Positions 19,947-29,119 of a DNA stretch of 64,000 nucleotides are shown in pieces; position 1 is the first letter of the stretch; every line of letters begins with the position of its first letter. The DNA lies in the NCBI GenBank assembly GCA_903872425.1, contig CAIQKQ010000043.1, positions 2,071 through 66,070 of the forward strand, read 5' to 3'. Source of the stretch: an uncultured Opitutia bacterium. GTDB taxonomy: Bacteria > Verrucomicrobiota > Verrucomicrobiia > Opitutales > Opitutaceae. The position numbers were made by a program, and so were the translations under genes. Below the pieces are notes generated by a model. It was not told where the DNA came from and made no database searches. It saw nothing but the letters and a program-made list of their open reading frames with translations.

Positions 19947-20094
19947 GAGGCGAGTGAGGCACAACCGTCGCGCCCGCGCCAGCGGATTCACCGGGTGGGG
20001 GAGAAGGGGCCCACACCACAAAAATGCGTCAGACTGGGAATAGTTTTTCTGCCCGTAGCTCTCACGCGAACACCACTCGCATCCGCGCCACGCC

Positions 20095-20634
20095 ATGACC
20101 GATCCTCTTCCACCCGGTGTCCGTGCCAACCTCGACGTCATCCGGCAGGGACTCCAATTGCTCGCCGACCTTGGCGATGAGCGCTACGCTGCCCGCGTCG
20201 CGGTTGCCTACGGCGCGTCCATCGGCGGGCACATGCGGCACATCATAGAGCATTATCTCGGCTTTCTTGATGGGTTGCCCGACGGCGCGGTCAACTATGA
20301 GAACCGCGCCCGCGACTCGCTCTTGGAATGCGACTCAACTTACGCAAGCGACACACTCGCGGCCATCGCCGACCGACTGGAAGCGCTCGCGTACGTCAGC
20401 CGTGAGGAGCAAGGAGAGGCGAGTCGCGCGCTGCGGATTCATGCCGAGACGAATGCGGATACGGCGGCCGACTCGTCGATGTTGCGCGAGCTGGAGTTTT
20501 TGCTGAGCCACACCATCCATCACTACGCGCTGGTCGCAGTGATGGCGCGGCTGCAGGGCTACGAACCCGCCAAAGGTTTCGGCGTCGCACCCTCGACCCT
20601 TAAACACCAGCAAGCGCTCGCATGTGCACGGTGA
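20095..20634 (+). CDS. DinB-family (DinB_2-like) four-helix-bundle protein
   Basis: 179 aa with spaced His residues (GGHMRHIIEHY ... LLSHTIHHYALV) typical of the DinB/YfiT metal-binding fold. Confidence 0.7.
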   Translation: MTDPLPPGVRANLDVIRQGLQLLADLGDERYAARVAVAYGASIGGHMRHIIEHYLGFLDGLPDGAVNYENRARDSLLECDSTYASDTLAAIADRLEALAYVSREEQGEASRALRIHAETNADTAADSSMLRELEFLLSHTIHHYALVAVMARLQGYEPAKGFGVAPSTLKHQQALACAR

Positions 20635-20873
20635 GCTGGCGGGCCGCGCGCGACGGCTACGATTTGTTTTTCAACCGCGACGAGCTGCACACCCGCGCGC
20701 CCGAATTGCCGCCCGCGTTGTCTGAGCGCGACGGCGTGCGTTTTCTCGCCCCGCGCGACGGCGACCACGGCGGCACCTGGCTTGCCGTCAATGAGCACGG
20801 TCTCACCGTGTGTCTGCTCAACGACTACGCCAACCCGTGGCGCCCTGCGGCTGGAGGAGCTGATCCTTGCTGA
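20622..20873 (+). pseudogene. NRDE-family (TANGO2-like) protein, N-terminal ~75 codons only
   Basis: Starts MCTVSW..., contains FFNRDE and GGTWLAVNEHGLTVCLLNDY. Homology stops near codon 75 and the ORF ends 8 codons later, whereas this family is normally ~250 aa. Confidence 0.6.
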
Positions 20874-21336
20874 TGACCGCGCGGTCGACATGGCCCCGTT
20901 TTTTCTGAAAAGACACGCCGCGCGGCTCGACGACGTGCCAACGGCGGGCGAGACGGTTGCACTCTCCGAACTCGGCACGCACTGTCAGGGTGCGTTGTTC
21001 CTTGATGGCGCGTCGCTCGCAACCCCGGCGCTGGACGTGGCGGTTGAGCGCGTGAGTCGCACGTTTGCGGGCTTTTATTTCGGCCGTTACGATGTGCGCG
21101 CGGCGTCTGCGGAGGCGTTTCAAAGCGGCGAATTTTCCGTCATCGAGCTGAACGGCCTGACCTCCGAAGCTACCAGTATCTACGATCCACGTCACAACGT
21201 ATGGTACGGCTGGCGCACCCTCTTTCGTCAGTGGGAGCTGGCTTTTGTCATCGCCGCCGAAAACCGTGCGGCAGGTGCGGATGTGCTGACGTTGGGGAAT
21301 ACTTTTCGCGTGTGGCGCGCAGCTGGGAAAGGGTGA
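20842..21336 (+). pseudogene. ATP-grasp (D-Ala-D-Ala-ligase-like) protein, C-terminal ~165 codons only
   Basis: LRLEELILADDRAV...VPTAGETVALSELGTHCQGALFLDG...GFYFGRYDVR...VIELNGLTSEATSIYDP resembles the C-terminal half of an ATP-grasp family. No N-terminal half is present, and the frame differs from the NRDE fragment. Confidence 0.55.
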
Positions 21337-21625
21337 GCAGAAGGGCCGTGGGGGCGGCCTGCCAGTCGTTGAAGAAGAGCCGGACGACGATGCCGCAAAG
21401 GCGCTGCTTCAAAGCGGCGAACCACACAGCCAGTCTTATCGCCTCCAACCACGGCTCGCCTGCGTCGACGTAGACGAGGCGCACCGGCCCTTCATGCGCT
21501 CTCTTATAGGAAACTGCGTGAGGGCACCAGCAATGCGTAGACGGAGTGGAGAAGTGTTTTGGCGATTCTCCTCGCTTGGGCTAGCTTGGGTTCGATGCCC
21601 CAACGGCGTTTACCAGTGGGTCCCC

Positions 21626-22609
21626 TCAATACGCGCCGCGGATGTGCGCGGCGACGGCGCGCTCGTAGAAGGCAGCAAGCTTGACGTGGGTCTCGGCTCC
21701 GAGTGGCGGGAGCGACGCGGCGCGGAGGTTGGCACGCGCCTGCTCGGGATTTTTCGCACCAGGGATGAGCACGCTCACAGCATCGAAGTCGAGGCACCAG
21801 CGCAGCGCGAGATCCGCCATCGTCCAGCCGGCGGGCACAAACGGCCGGAGCGCGTCAGCCAGCTCCACTCCTTTCGCGAACGGCAGGCCGGCAAAGGTTT
21901 CGCCGACGTTGAAGCATTGGCCATCGCGATTGTAGAGGCGGTGGTCGCTGGTCGCGAAGGCAGTCTGCTTGGTAATTTTGCCGCCGAGCAGGCCGCTGGC
22001 GAGTGGAAGGCGGACGATGAGGGCGATATTTTTGGCGCGCGCGGCGGCGAAGAGCTCGTGAATAGGTTTCTGACGGAATAGGTTGAAGATGATCTGGAGC
22101 GATACACAGCCGCCGTGTTCGACGCAGAATCGCGCCTCGTCCATCGACTCAACGCTTGCGCCGTAATGACGGATCTTGCCCTCACGCTTCAGCTCGTCGA
22201 GCCAGCCAAAGACCTCGCCGCGCCGAAGCACATCGGGTGGGATGCAGTGGGTCTGCGTAAGATCAAGCGCGTCCACGCCGAGCCGACGGAGTGACGCCTC
22301 GGTGAAACCCCGGATCTGGTCGCGCGTGAAACCATTGGGCCAGTTCAGTCGGCCGAGCTTGGTCGCGACAAAAATTTTGCTGCGTGCGGCGGGTGTTTCG
22401 CGGAGGAAGCGGCCGATAATGGTCTCGCTGCGGCCGGCCCCATACACATCAGCCGTGTCGAAAAACGTGACCCCACCGTCGAACGCGGCGCGCAGAGTCG
22501 CGAGCGCGGTGTCCTCGGAGACCTCACCCCAGTCGCCCCCGAGCTGCCAGGTGCCGAGGCCGATTTCGCCGAAAGAGCGGCCCGTGGGGCCAAAAATACG
22601 GGTGTGCAT
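21626..22609 (-). CDS. aldo/keto reductase
   Basis: 327 aa from MHTRIFGPTGRSFGEIGLGTWQLGGDWG, with FFDTADVYG and HYGASVES motifs. The upstream 58 codons were rejected. Confidence 0.9.
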   Translation of the reverse strand: MHTRIFGPTGRSFGEIGLGTWQLGGDWGEVSEDTALATLRAAFDGGVTFFDTADVYGAGRSETIIGRFLRETPAARSKIFVATKLGRLNWPNGFTRDQIRGFTEASLRRLGVDALDLTQTHCIPPDVLRRGEVFGWLDELKREGKIRHYGASVESMDEARFCVEHGGCVSLQIIFNLFRQKPIHELFAAARAKNIALIVRLPLASGLLGGKITKQTAFATSDHRLYNRDGQCFNVGETFAGLPFAKGVELADALRPFVPAGWTMADLALRWCLDFDAVSVLIPGAKNPEQARANLRAASLPPLGAETHVKLAAFYERAVAAHIRGAY

Positions 22610-22673
22610 GAGGCTGCGAGTCGAACGGATTTTCGTGAGGCAGCAAGCGCGGAGGTGGGGAAGAAATTCTAGC

Positions 22674-23183
22674 TTAAAGCTGCCCCAATGCATGCGCAAA
22701 GTTGCGGATATAAAACCGCTTACCATGCTGGAAAACTTTGTGGTCCTCAGCCTCCAGCCGAACGGTGAGCGCGGGGATGCCACCGGGATATTTCGGGTTC
22801 AGCTCGCCGCCAGTCTTGAGCGTGCGCCAGTAGGGTGTGATCGCAGTCTCGCCGGCCGCGTCCGCCTCGGCGGCGGCATGAGCGGCGATCCAAGCAAAGA
22901 TGCCCGTAGTGATCGGGCAGCCGACGGCCGCATGGTACTTACGCGCGACGGCCGCACGCAGTTCGTTCAGTGTGATCACCTGGCCGCGCGGGACGCGGCG
23001 CATGAGGGCGTCCACCTCGCGGGGTGTGGGGATGGCAAGGGTGCGCCCGCCCCAGCGGGCGGCGGTGGAGGCGTCGAGGGCGACGACTTTTGGTAGATCC
23101 TTATTGTCGGCGAGTTTCTCGCGCCAAGACTTTTTACCGCGTCGTGGTTTGGCCGGGGCAGGGGAGATGATCTTGCGCGTCAT
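22674..23183 (-). CDS. MGMT-family DNA-binding-domain protein lacking the acceptor cysteine (alkyltransferase-like)
   Basis: 169 aa from MTRKIISP. VPRGQVITLNELRAAVARKY...GCPITTGIF...ITPYWRTLKTGGELN follows the O6-alkylguanine transferase C-domain pattern, but with PYWRT in place of PCHRV. Confidence 0.65.
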   Translation of the reverse strand: MTRKIISPAPAKPRRGKKSWREKLADNKDLPKVVALDASTAARWGGRTLAIPTPREVDALMRRVPRGQVITLNELRAAVARKYHAAVGCPITTGIFAWIAAHAAAEADAAGETAITPYWRTLKTGGELNPKYPGGIPALTVRLEAEDHKVFQHGKRFYIRNFAHALGQL

Positions 23184-23697
23184 GACAGTTTTGAAAGGTG
23201 ACCTGAATCTCAGTGGAAAAACGGTGCGGATTGCCTTTGAAACTAACCTTCCGACCCATGAGATTATTCTCCCGGGTGGGCAACTCGAGAAGCAGCTCGC
23301 GACGCCGGGTCTCAGGATGGAGCTTTGGTAAGCGCGGCCGAACTGCCGGTCGCGACCGTATAGTATCAGCGTGAGCGTACGAGCTTGGCCATCTCGTGGT
23401 CGCAAGCCTGCGACACGCGCGAATTTGCGGAATTGTTCACAGGTAGAGGGTAACGCATTTGTCACCAACGGACGGGTCGTCGGCTATTCGAAAAGAACAG
23501 TTACAGACTATTATGCAATAGGTTATGGTTTCTCCATCGGAACGAGCATCCCGATTTTTCGCACACGGGGCCAGGTTTCCTGACACGTTATTCACATGAG
23601 TCGAAAAACGATCAGTTTCAACGGCCGCAGACCGGTTATCGTTGAATGAACAGAGTGGCCGAAAGGGGCACGCGTTCTTCTGAAAAGCCTGGCAACT

Positions 23698-25302
23698 TCA
23701 GGTGCGTCGGAGGCGCGAGTCGCGGGCGAAGCGGAGTTTTTTCGGATAGTCGGCGATGGCGTGCAGACCGCGGCTTTCCTTGCGTTGGAGCGCGCAGTTC
23801 ACAATGAGGCCGGCGACCTCGATGAGGTTGCGGAGCTCGAGCAGACGTGCGTCTACGGAGAAGTTCCAGTAGTAGTCCTGGGTCTCGCGGGCGAGGTTGG
23901 CGATGCGGTGACGGGCGCGCTCAAGGCGTTTCGTTGTGCGCATGATACCGACGTAATCCCACATGGTGCGGCGCAGTTCGTCCCAGTTGTGCGAAATGAC
24001 GACGCGCTCGTCCCCGTCGCCGCCCCCGAGGTCCACCCAGCTGGGGATCGCCGGCACCGGCACGCGCGAACGGGCGATGGTGCGGAGATAGCGCTCAACC
24101 GACTCTGCGCCACGGCGCGCCATGACGACGGCCTCGAGGAGAGAGTTGCTTGCGAGCCGATTTGCACCGTGGAGTCCGGTGCAGGCGACCTCGCCGCAGG
24201 CGTAGAGGCCGGGCAACGAGGTCTCGGCGGCGATAGAGGTGGCGACACCGCCGCAGACGTAATGCGCGGCTGGTACTACTGGAATCAGGTCGCGGGCGAG
24301 GTTAAGGCCGAGCGCACGGCAGGCAGCGAAGATCTGCGGGAAACGCCGGCGCAGCCATGCGGAGTTGCGGTGAGTGATGTCGAGCCAGACGTGGGCTGCG
24401 CCAGATTTTTTCATCTCGGCATCAATCGCACGGGCAACGATGTCGCGCGGCGCGAGGTCGGCGAGGGGGTGAACCCCGCGCATGAACGCCTCACCGGCCA
24501 GGTTTCGCAGCACGGCGCCTTCGCCGCGCAGTGCTTCGCTGATAAGAAACCGCCGCCCGGTCGCCGAGTAGAGCGCGGTTGGGTGAAACTGGATGAATTC
24601 CATGTTGCGCACCTCGACGCCCGCGCGCCATGCCATCGCTACGCCGTCGCCAGTGGCGATATCGGGGTTGGTGGTGTAGAGATAGACCTGCCCTGCACCG
24701 CCAGTCGCGAGCATCACGACCGGCGCACGAAACGTGAGCACGCGTCCATCACGCACGTCGAGTGCGTGGACGCCGAGGACGCGGTCGCCACCGCGCGGCA
24801 CAGGGCGGGCGAGCTTTCTGCGTGTGATGACATCGATCGCGAAAAAATGCTCAAAAAGCGCGATGCGCGGCTCGCGCGCGATAGCCTTAAGCAACGCCTC
24901 TTCGATCACGCGGCCGGTCATGTCCTTCACGTGTAGAATGCGCCGCTCTCCATGGCCACCCTCGCGACCCAGCTCGTAGCCGCCACCGGGGCCGCGCGAA
25001 AACCGTACCCCCCACTCGGCGAGCTCGCGCACACAGGCCGGGCCATCGCGCACAATGGCGCGGACAACCTTTGGGTCGCACAGGCCGTCACCGGCGTCGA
25101 GCGTGTCCCGCACGTGCGCGGCAAAGTCGTCCGTCTGCGCGGTAACAGCGGCGAGGCCGCCCTGCGCCCAGTTGGTGCTGGAGTCGGCCTTGTCCTTTTT
25201 GGTGAGGATGGCGACGGAGCGGCCGCGTTTCGCCACATCAAGCGCGAAGCTCAGGCCGGCGATGCCACTGCCGATGACGAGAACGTCGAAGGACTGCGTC
25301 AC
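23698..25302 (-). CDS. nadB: L-aspartate oxidase
   Basis: 534 aa with FDVLVIGSGIAGLSFAL FAD motif and fumarate reductase/succinate dehydrogenase flavoprotein-like core and C-terminal domain. Confidence 0.95.
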   Translation of the reverse strand: MTQSFDVLVIGSGIAGLSFALDVAKRGRSVAILTKKDKADSSTNWAQGGLAAVTAQTDDFAAHVRDTLDAGDGLCDPKVVRAIVRDGPACVRELAEWGVRFSRGPGGGYELGREGGHGERRILHVKDMTGRVIEEALLKAIAREPRIALFEHFFAIDVITRRKLARPVPRGGDRVLGVHALDVRDGRVLTFRAPVVMLATGGAGQVYLYTTNPDIATGDGVAMAWRAGVEVRNMEFIQFHPTALYSATGRRFLISEALRGEGAVLRNLAGEAFMRGVHPLADLAPRDIVARAIDAEMKKSGAAHVWLDITHRNSAWLRRRFPQIFAACRALGLNLARDLIPVVPAAHYVCGGVATSIAAETSLPGLYACGEVACTGLHGANRLASNSLLEAVVMARRGAESVERYLRTIARSRVPVPAIPSWVDLGGGDGDERVVISHNWDELRRTMWDYVGIMRTTKRLERARHRIANLARETQDYYWNFSVDARLLELRNLIEVAGLIVNCALQRKESRGLHAIADYPKKLRFARDSRLRRT

Positions 25303-26141
25303 AGGATTTCGTTGTCAATCAGGCGCACCTCATCCACCCACGCCGCGATGGCAAGCAGTGAACGGCCCGGTACAACCTCGCGCACCGCCTCCATCGAGTC
25401 GCGGTCCACAATAGCCGCATAGATCACGCGCACACGCCGGTGCTGCGCGAGCAAATGGGTGGCCTCGGCGACGAGCCGGTCAACGCGGCGCTCGCCTGCA
25501 GTGACCATTTCCTTCGCGCGGGAAAGGGCGCGGCTCAACGAAAGCGCGTCGGCCCGCTGCGCAGCCGTAAGGTAGCGGTTGCGTGAGCTCAGCGCCATAC
25601 CGTCGGCATCGCGCAGCGTCGGGCCGACGACGATCTCGACGCCGAGGCAGAGGTCGGTGGACATTTTTTTGATGACCGCGACCTGTTGCGCGTCCTTCTG
25701 GCCGAAGACCGCGAGGTCGGGCCGGACGATGTTGAGCAATTTTGCCACGATGGTTGTCACCCCGCGAAAATGCGCTGGCCGCGACACGCCCTCGAGCGGC
25801 TTGGCCACGGTCTCTTCGGTGATGAACGTCGAATAGCCCTTAGGATAGATGTCCTCCACCCCCGGCATGAACACCGCGTGCGCGCCCGCCGCCTCACATT
25901 TTTGGAGGTCGGCGTCCATCTCGCGTGGGTAGCGGGTGAAGTCTTCGTTCGGACCGAACTGCGCTGGGTTAACGAAAATTGAGACGATCACGGCGTCAGC
26001 GCGGCCAGCCGCGAGCCGGATAAGGCTGACATGTCCCTCGTGTAGCGCGCCCATCGTCGGCACGAGTGCCACGCGTTTGCCCGCCGCGCGTAGGTTTTTC
26101 GCGTGGGCCTGGATCTCGGAGACGAAGGCGATGGTTTGCAT
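25299..26141 (-). CDS. panC: pantoate--beta-alanine ligase
   Basis: 280 aa from MQTIAFVSEI, with VPTMGALHEGHVSLI and FGQKDAQQ motifs. Its stop overlaps the nadB start by 4 bp. Confidence 0.93.
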   Translation of the reverse strand: MQTIAFVSEIQAHAKNLRAAGKRVALVPTMGALHEGHVSLIRLAAGRADAVIVSIFVNPAQFGPNEDFTRYPREMDADLQKCEAAGAHAVFMPGVEDIYPKGYSTFITEETVAKPLEGVSRPAHFRGVTTIVAKLLNIVRPDLAVFGQKDAQQVAVIKKMSTDLCLGVEIVVGPTLRDADGMALSSRNRYLTAAQRADALSLSRALSRAKEMVTAGERRVDRLVAEATHLLAQHRRVRVIYAAIVDRDSMEAVREVVPGRSLLAIAAWVDEVRLIDNEIL

Positions 26142-26628
26142 GGGGGAGGGGATTCGAACGCGCGAACCGTAGCGCGGCACCGCACAGCCCGGCGAGGCTA
26201 AATTGCATCGACTCCTCGGGTAGAATCGTTCGGAGCCTTCAGTGCTCGGTTCGCGCAAAGACGAATATCGTACACGCCCTTCCTTTGTTGGACTTACGTG
26301 ATTGTCAGGGTGAAGCACAATTTATCGGTCTGCGGCTGGGGGGCCTGACTGCGGAAATTGCTCTACTCGTTTCGCGCCTCGAATATCGCCAACGAGTAGA
26401 TTCCTGCCATCAATACTTTTCCCAAATCGGACGCCGCCCCTGATCGGGCGTCGAAAATCGATCACATGGTGAACAAATAGTCAGACCAGTTAAATCAACC
26501 AGCTCAGGCCCCGAAAATGCACTCCCTGCTGCCTCGGTAACGCAAGGCTTGCCCAACGCCCCCTACCACCGTTTGTTCATGATTTTCGACCGCTCCTTTT
26601 CACCCAATCGCCGACCCACTTCGCCTCC

Positions 26629-27855
26629 ATGATCCGTATCAACGAAAACTATTTAAAGCTCAAGGCTAGCTACCTCTTCTCCGACATCGCGAAACGCGTG
26701 ACGGCCTACACCACGGCCAACCCCGCAAAGCCTGTCATCCGCTTGGGCATCGGCGACGTGACTGAGCCGCTCCCGCCCGTCTGCATCGCCGCGCTGCACG
26801 CCGCCACCGACGAGATGGCCGAGCGTGCCACCTTCAAGGGCTACGGCCCTGAGCAGGGCTACGCGTTTCTTCGCGAGGCCGTCGCTCAGCACGATTATGC
26901 CGCGCGCGGTTGCGCCATCGAGGCGGACGAGATTTTCGTAAGCGACGGCGCGAAGTGCGACTGCGGCAACATCCAGGAAATCTTCGCCACGGAGGGCCTG
27001 CGCCTCGCCATTCCCGATCCCGTCTATCCCGTCTACATTGATACCAACGTTATGGCCGGCCGAACCGGCCCGAACGCGGCCGGCCGCTATTCCGGCGTGA
27101 CCTACCTCGAAAGCACGCCCGCCAACGGCTACGTCCCCGCAGTCCCTTCCGTCCCGACCGACCTCATCTACCTTTGCTTCCCCAATAACCCCACCGGTGC
27201 AGTCGCCACCCGCGCACAGCTCGCTGCATGGGTCGCTTACGCGAAGGCGAACAAGGCCGTCATCCTCTTCGATTCCGCCTACGAAGCCTACATCCGCGAC
27301 CCGGCGATCCCGCACAGCATCTATGAGATCCCGGGCGCGCGCGACGTGGCCATCGAGTTCCGTAGTTTTTCCAAGACCGCCGGCTTTACCGGCACGCGGT
27401 GCGCCTATACGGTTGTGCCGAAGTCGCTCGTTGGCTACGATGCCGCGGGCAACGCGCACGCGCTGCACGCGCTGTGGAACCGCCGCCATACCACGAAATT
27501 CAACGGCGTCGCCTATCCGATCCAGAAGGCCGCCGCTGCGATCTTCACGCCCGAGGGCCAGGCGCAGGTGCGGGCGATGACCGATTTCTATCTCGGCAAC
27601 GCCGCGCTCATCCGTGCCGCCGTGACGAAGCTCGGCTTCAATTGTGTGGGTGGCGATAACGCGCCCTACATCTGGATTAACACCGGCCGCGACTCGTGGG
27701 AGTTTTTCGACCTATTGCTAAACAAGGCTCAGGTGGTCTGTACGCCTGGGGCCGGCTTCGGCCAATGCGGCGAAGGCCATGTTCGCATCAGCGCGTTCAA
27801 CTCTCGCGCGAATGTCGAGGCCGCGCTCTCCCGCATTGCGGCGGCATTGAAGTAA
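26629..27855 (+). CDS. dapL: LL-diaminopimelate aminotransferase
   Basis: 408 aa with [20 protein letters not shown] start and [14 protein letters not shown] (PLP-lysine region), characteristic of DapL. Confidence 0.92.
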   Translation: MIRINENYLKLKASYLFSDIAKRVTAYTTANPAKPVIRLGIGDVTEPLPPVCIAALHAATDEMAERATFKGYGPEQGYAFLREAVAQHDYAARGCAIEADEIFVSDGAKCDCGNIQEIFATEGLRLAIPDPVYPVYIDTNVMAGRTGPNAAGRYSGVTYLESTPANGYVPAVPSVPTDLIYLCFPNNPTGAVATRAQLAAWVAYAKANKAVILFDSAYEAYIRDPAIPHSIYEIPGARDVAIEFRSFSKTAGFTGTRCAYTVVPKSLVGYDAAGNAHALHALWNRRHTTKFNGVAYPIQKAAAAIFTPEGQAQVRAMTDFYLGNAALIRAAVTKLGFNCVGGDNAPYIWINTGRDSWEFFDLLLNKAQVVCTPGAGFGQCGEGHVRISAFNSRANVEAALSRIAAALK

Positions 27856-27904
27856 TGAGGGTTTACTAGCTAGTGGTCGCGGGCGCGGCGGGTCGGACTT
27901 TCGG

Positions 27905-29029
27905 TTAGGCCGCGTTAGGGGGCTTCCGCCACATAGCGATGAACATGCCATTGGCGTTTAGCTCGTGAGGTTGGAGGGTTTGCGTGGGTAGCGGCTTCAG
28001 TTCCGCGTGGGTAGCGGTAAAGGCGTTAGCAACTGCGGTGGTTTCGCTGCGCGTGAGCGTGCAAACGGCGTAAATCAGCCGTCCACCCGGTTTGAGTGCG
28101 GGCGCAACCTGCTGGAGTAACGTGAGCTGCACCGCGGCCAGCGAGCGGACATCATCGGGTGTGGTTGTCCAGCGGGCGTGCGGGTTGCGTTGCCAGGTGC
28201 CGACACCGCTGCACGGTGCATCGAGCAGGATGCCGTCGAATTTCTGATTCGTCGGTAACCGCGTGATACCGCTGGGTGTACCCGGCGGACAGCCGTCCCA
28301 GAGGGCTGTGCGGTAGTTAAAAATGTTCGCGCGGGCGGCGCGGCGCTTTAGGGTATCCAGGCGGCGTGCGCTGCGGTCGGTGGCCCAGACGGTGCCTTTA
28401 TTGTCCATGAGGTCTGCGAGGTGGAGCGTCTTGCCGCCTTCGCCGGCGCAGGCGTCCCACCAAGATTCGCCGGGCTGGGGAGCGCAGGCGACTCCGACGA
28501 GCTGTGAGGCGAGGTCTTGGATCTCAAATTCACCGGTTTCGAATTGTTCCGTTTTAAACAAATCTTGGGTGCCCGTGAAGCGCAGGGCGTCGGGCGTGAG
28601 GTCGGTGGGCGCGCAAGCAAAGAGCGACTTGGCCAAGGCGGCGCGCCGCCCTGGGCGAGCGCGCAACCAGAGCGCCGGTTCCCGCTGGAGCTGGCGTAAA
28701 TATTCCACCGACAAATCCATCTCGTCGGCGAGCCACACCGGCACCGCTCGCGCGGCCAACGCCTCGGCTTTTACCATGTTTGGTTCGGCCAAGAAACGGG
28801 CGTCCAAGCTTGCGGCTTGTTCCACGCGTTTTTGCGGCGAGGCCTTGGGCTCGAGCCACTGGAGCCAGCGAAAATATACAAACACGGCTTGGCTGATCGC
28901 GCGTTTAGCCGCTGGCCGCAAATAGTGGTGTTCCTTGAAGTAGCGCCGTAGCGCGGTGTCAGCGCGTTGGTCGGCCGGGAGTGCGGAGAGAATGTGCGCG
29001 GCGTGGTTGAGCGTGGCTTGGTCGGGCAT
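27905..29029 (-). CDS. RsmB/NOP2/Sun-family RNA m5C methyltransferase
   Basis: SAM motif DACAGEGGKTLHLA and catalytic cysteine motifs DAPCSGVGT and YAVCTL. Start taken at MPDQATLN. Confidence 0.85.
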   Translation of the reverse strand: MPDQATLNHAAHILSALPADQRADTALRRYFKEHHYLRPAAKRAISQAVFVYFRWLQWLEPKASPQKRVEQAASLDARFLAEPNMVKAEALAARAVPVWLADEMDLSVEYLRQLQREPALWLRARPGRRAALAKSLFACAPTDLTPDALRFTGTQDLFKTEQFETGEFEIQDLASQLVGVACAPQPGESWWDACAGEGGKTLHLADLMDNKGTVWATDRSARRLDTLKRRAARANIFNYRTALWDGCPPGTPSGITRLPTNQKFDGILLDAPCSGVGTWQRNPHARWTTTPDDVRSLAAVQLTLLQQVAPALKPGGRLIYAVCTLTRSETTAVANAFTATHAELKPLPTQTLQPHELNANGMFIAMWRKPPNAA

Positions 29030-29119
29030 GAAGAGGGGATTGAGTGGTGGGCGCTGATTTAAAGTTGCTCGTAACGACGAGCCCAAAGGGCAAAATCCAG
29101 AATGCGGGATGGGAGCACG

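Noticed and set aside
23761-24936. 391-aa plus-strand ORF
   Set aside because: Fully antisense to nadB, which has unmistakable L-aspartate oxidase motifs.
25299-25302. 4-bp ATGA overlap of the nadB start and the panC stop
   Set aside because: Ordinary translational coupling in compact operons; not unusual.
26139-26175. GGGGATTCGAACGCGCGAACC, which resembles the reverse complement of a tRNA T-arm
   Set aside because: The flanking bases cannot form T-stem or acceptor-stem pairing (GGGGA versus GCGCG). It overlaps the panC start codon. No cloverleaf could be drawn.
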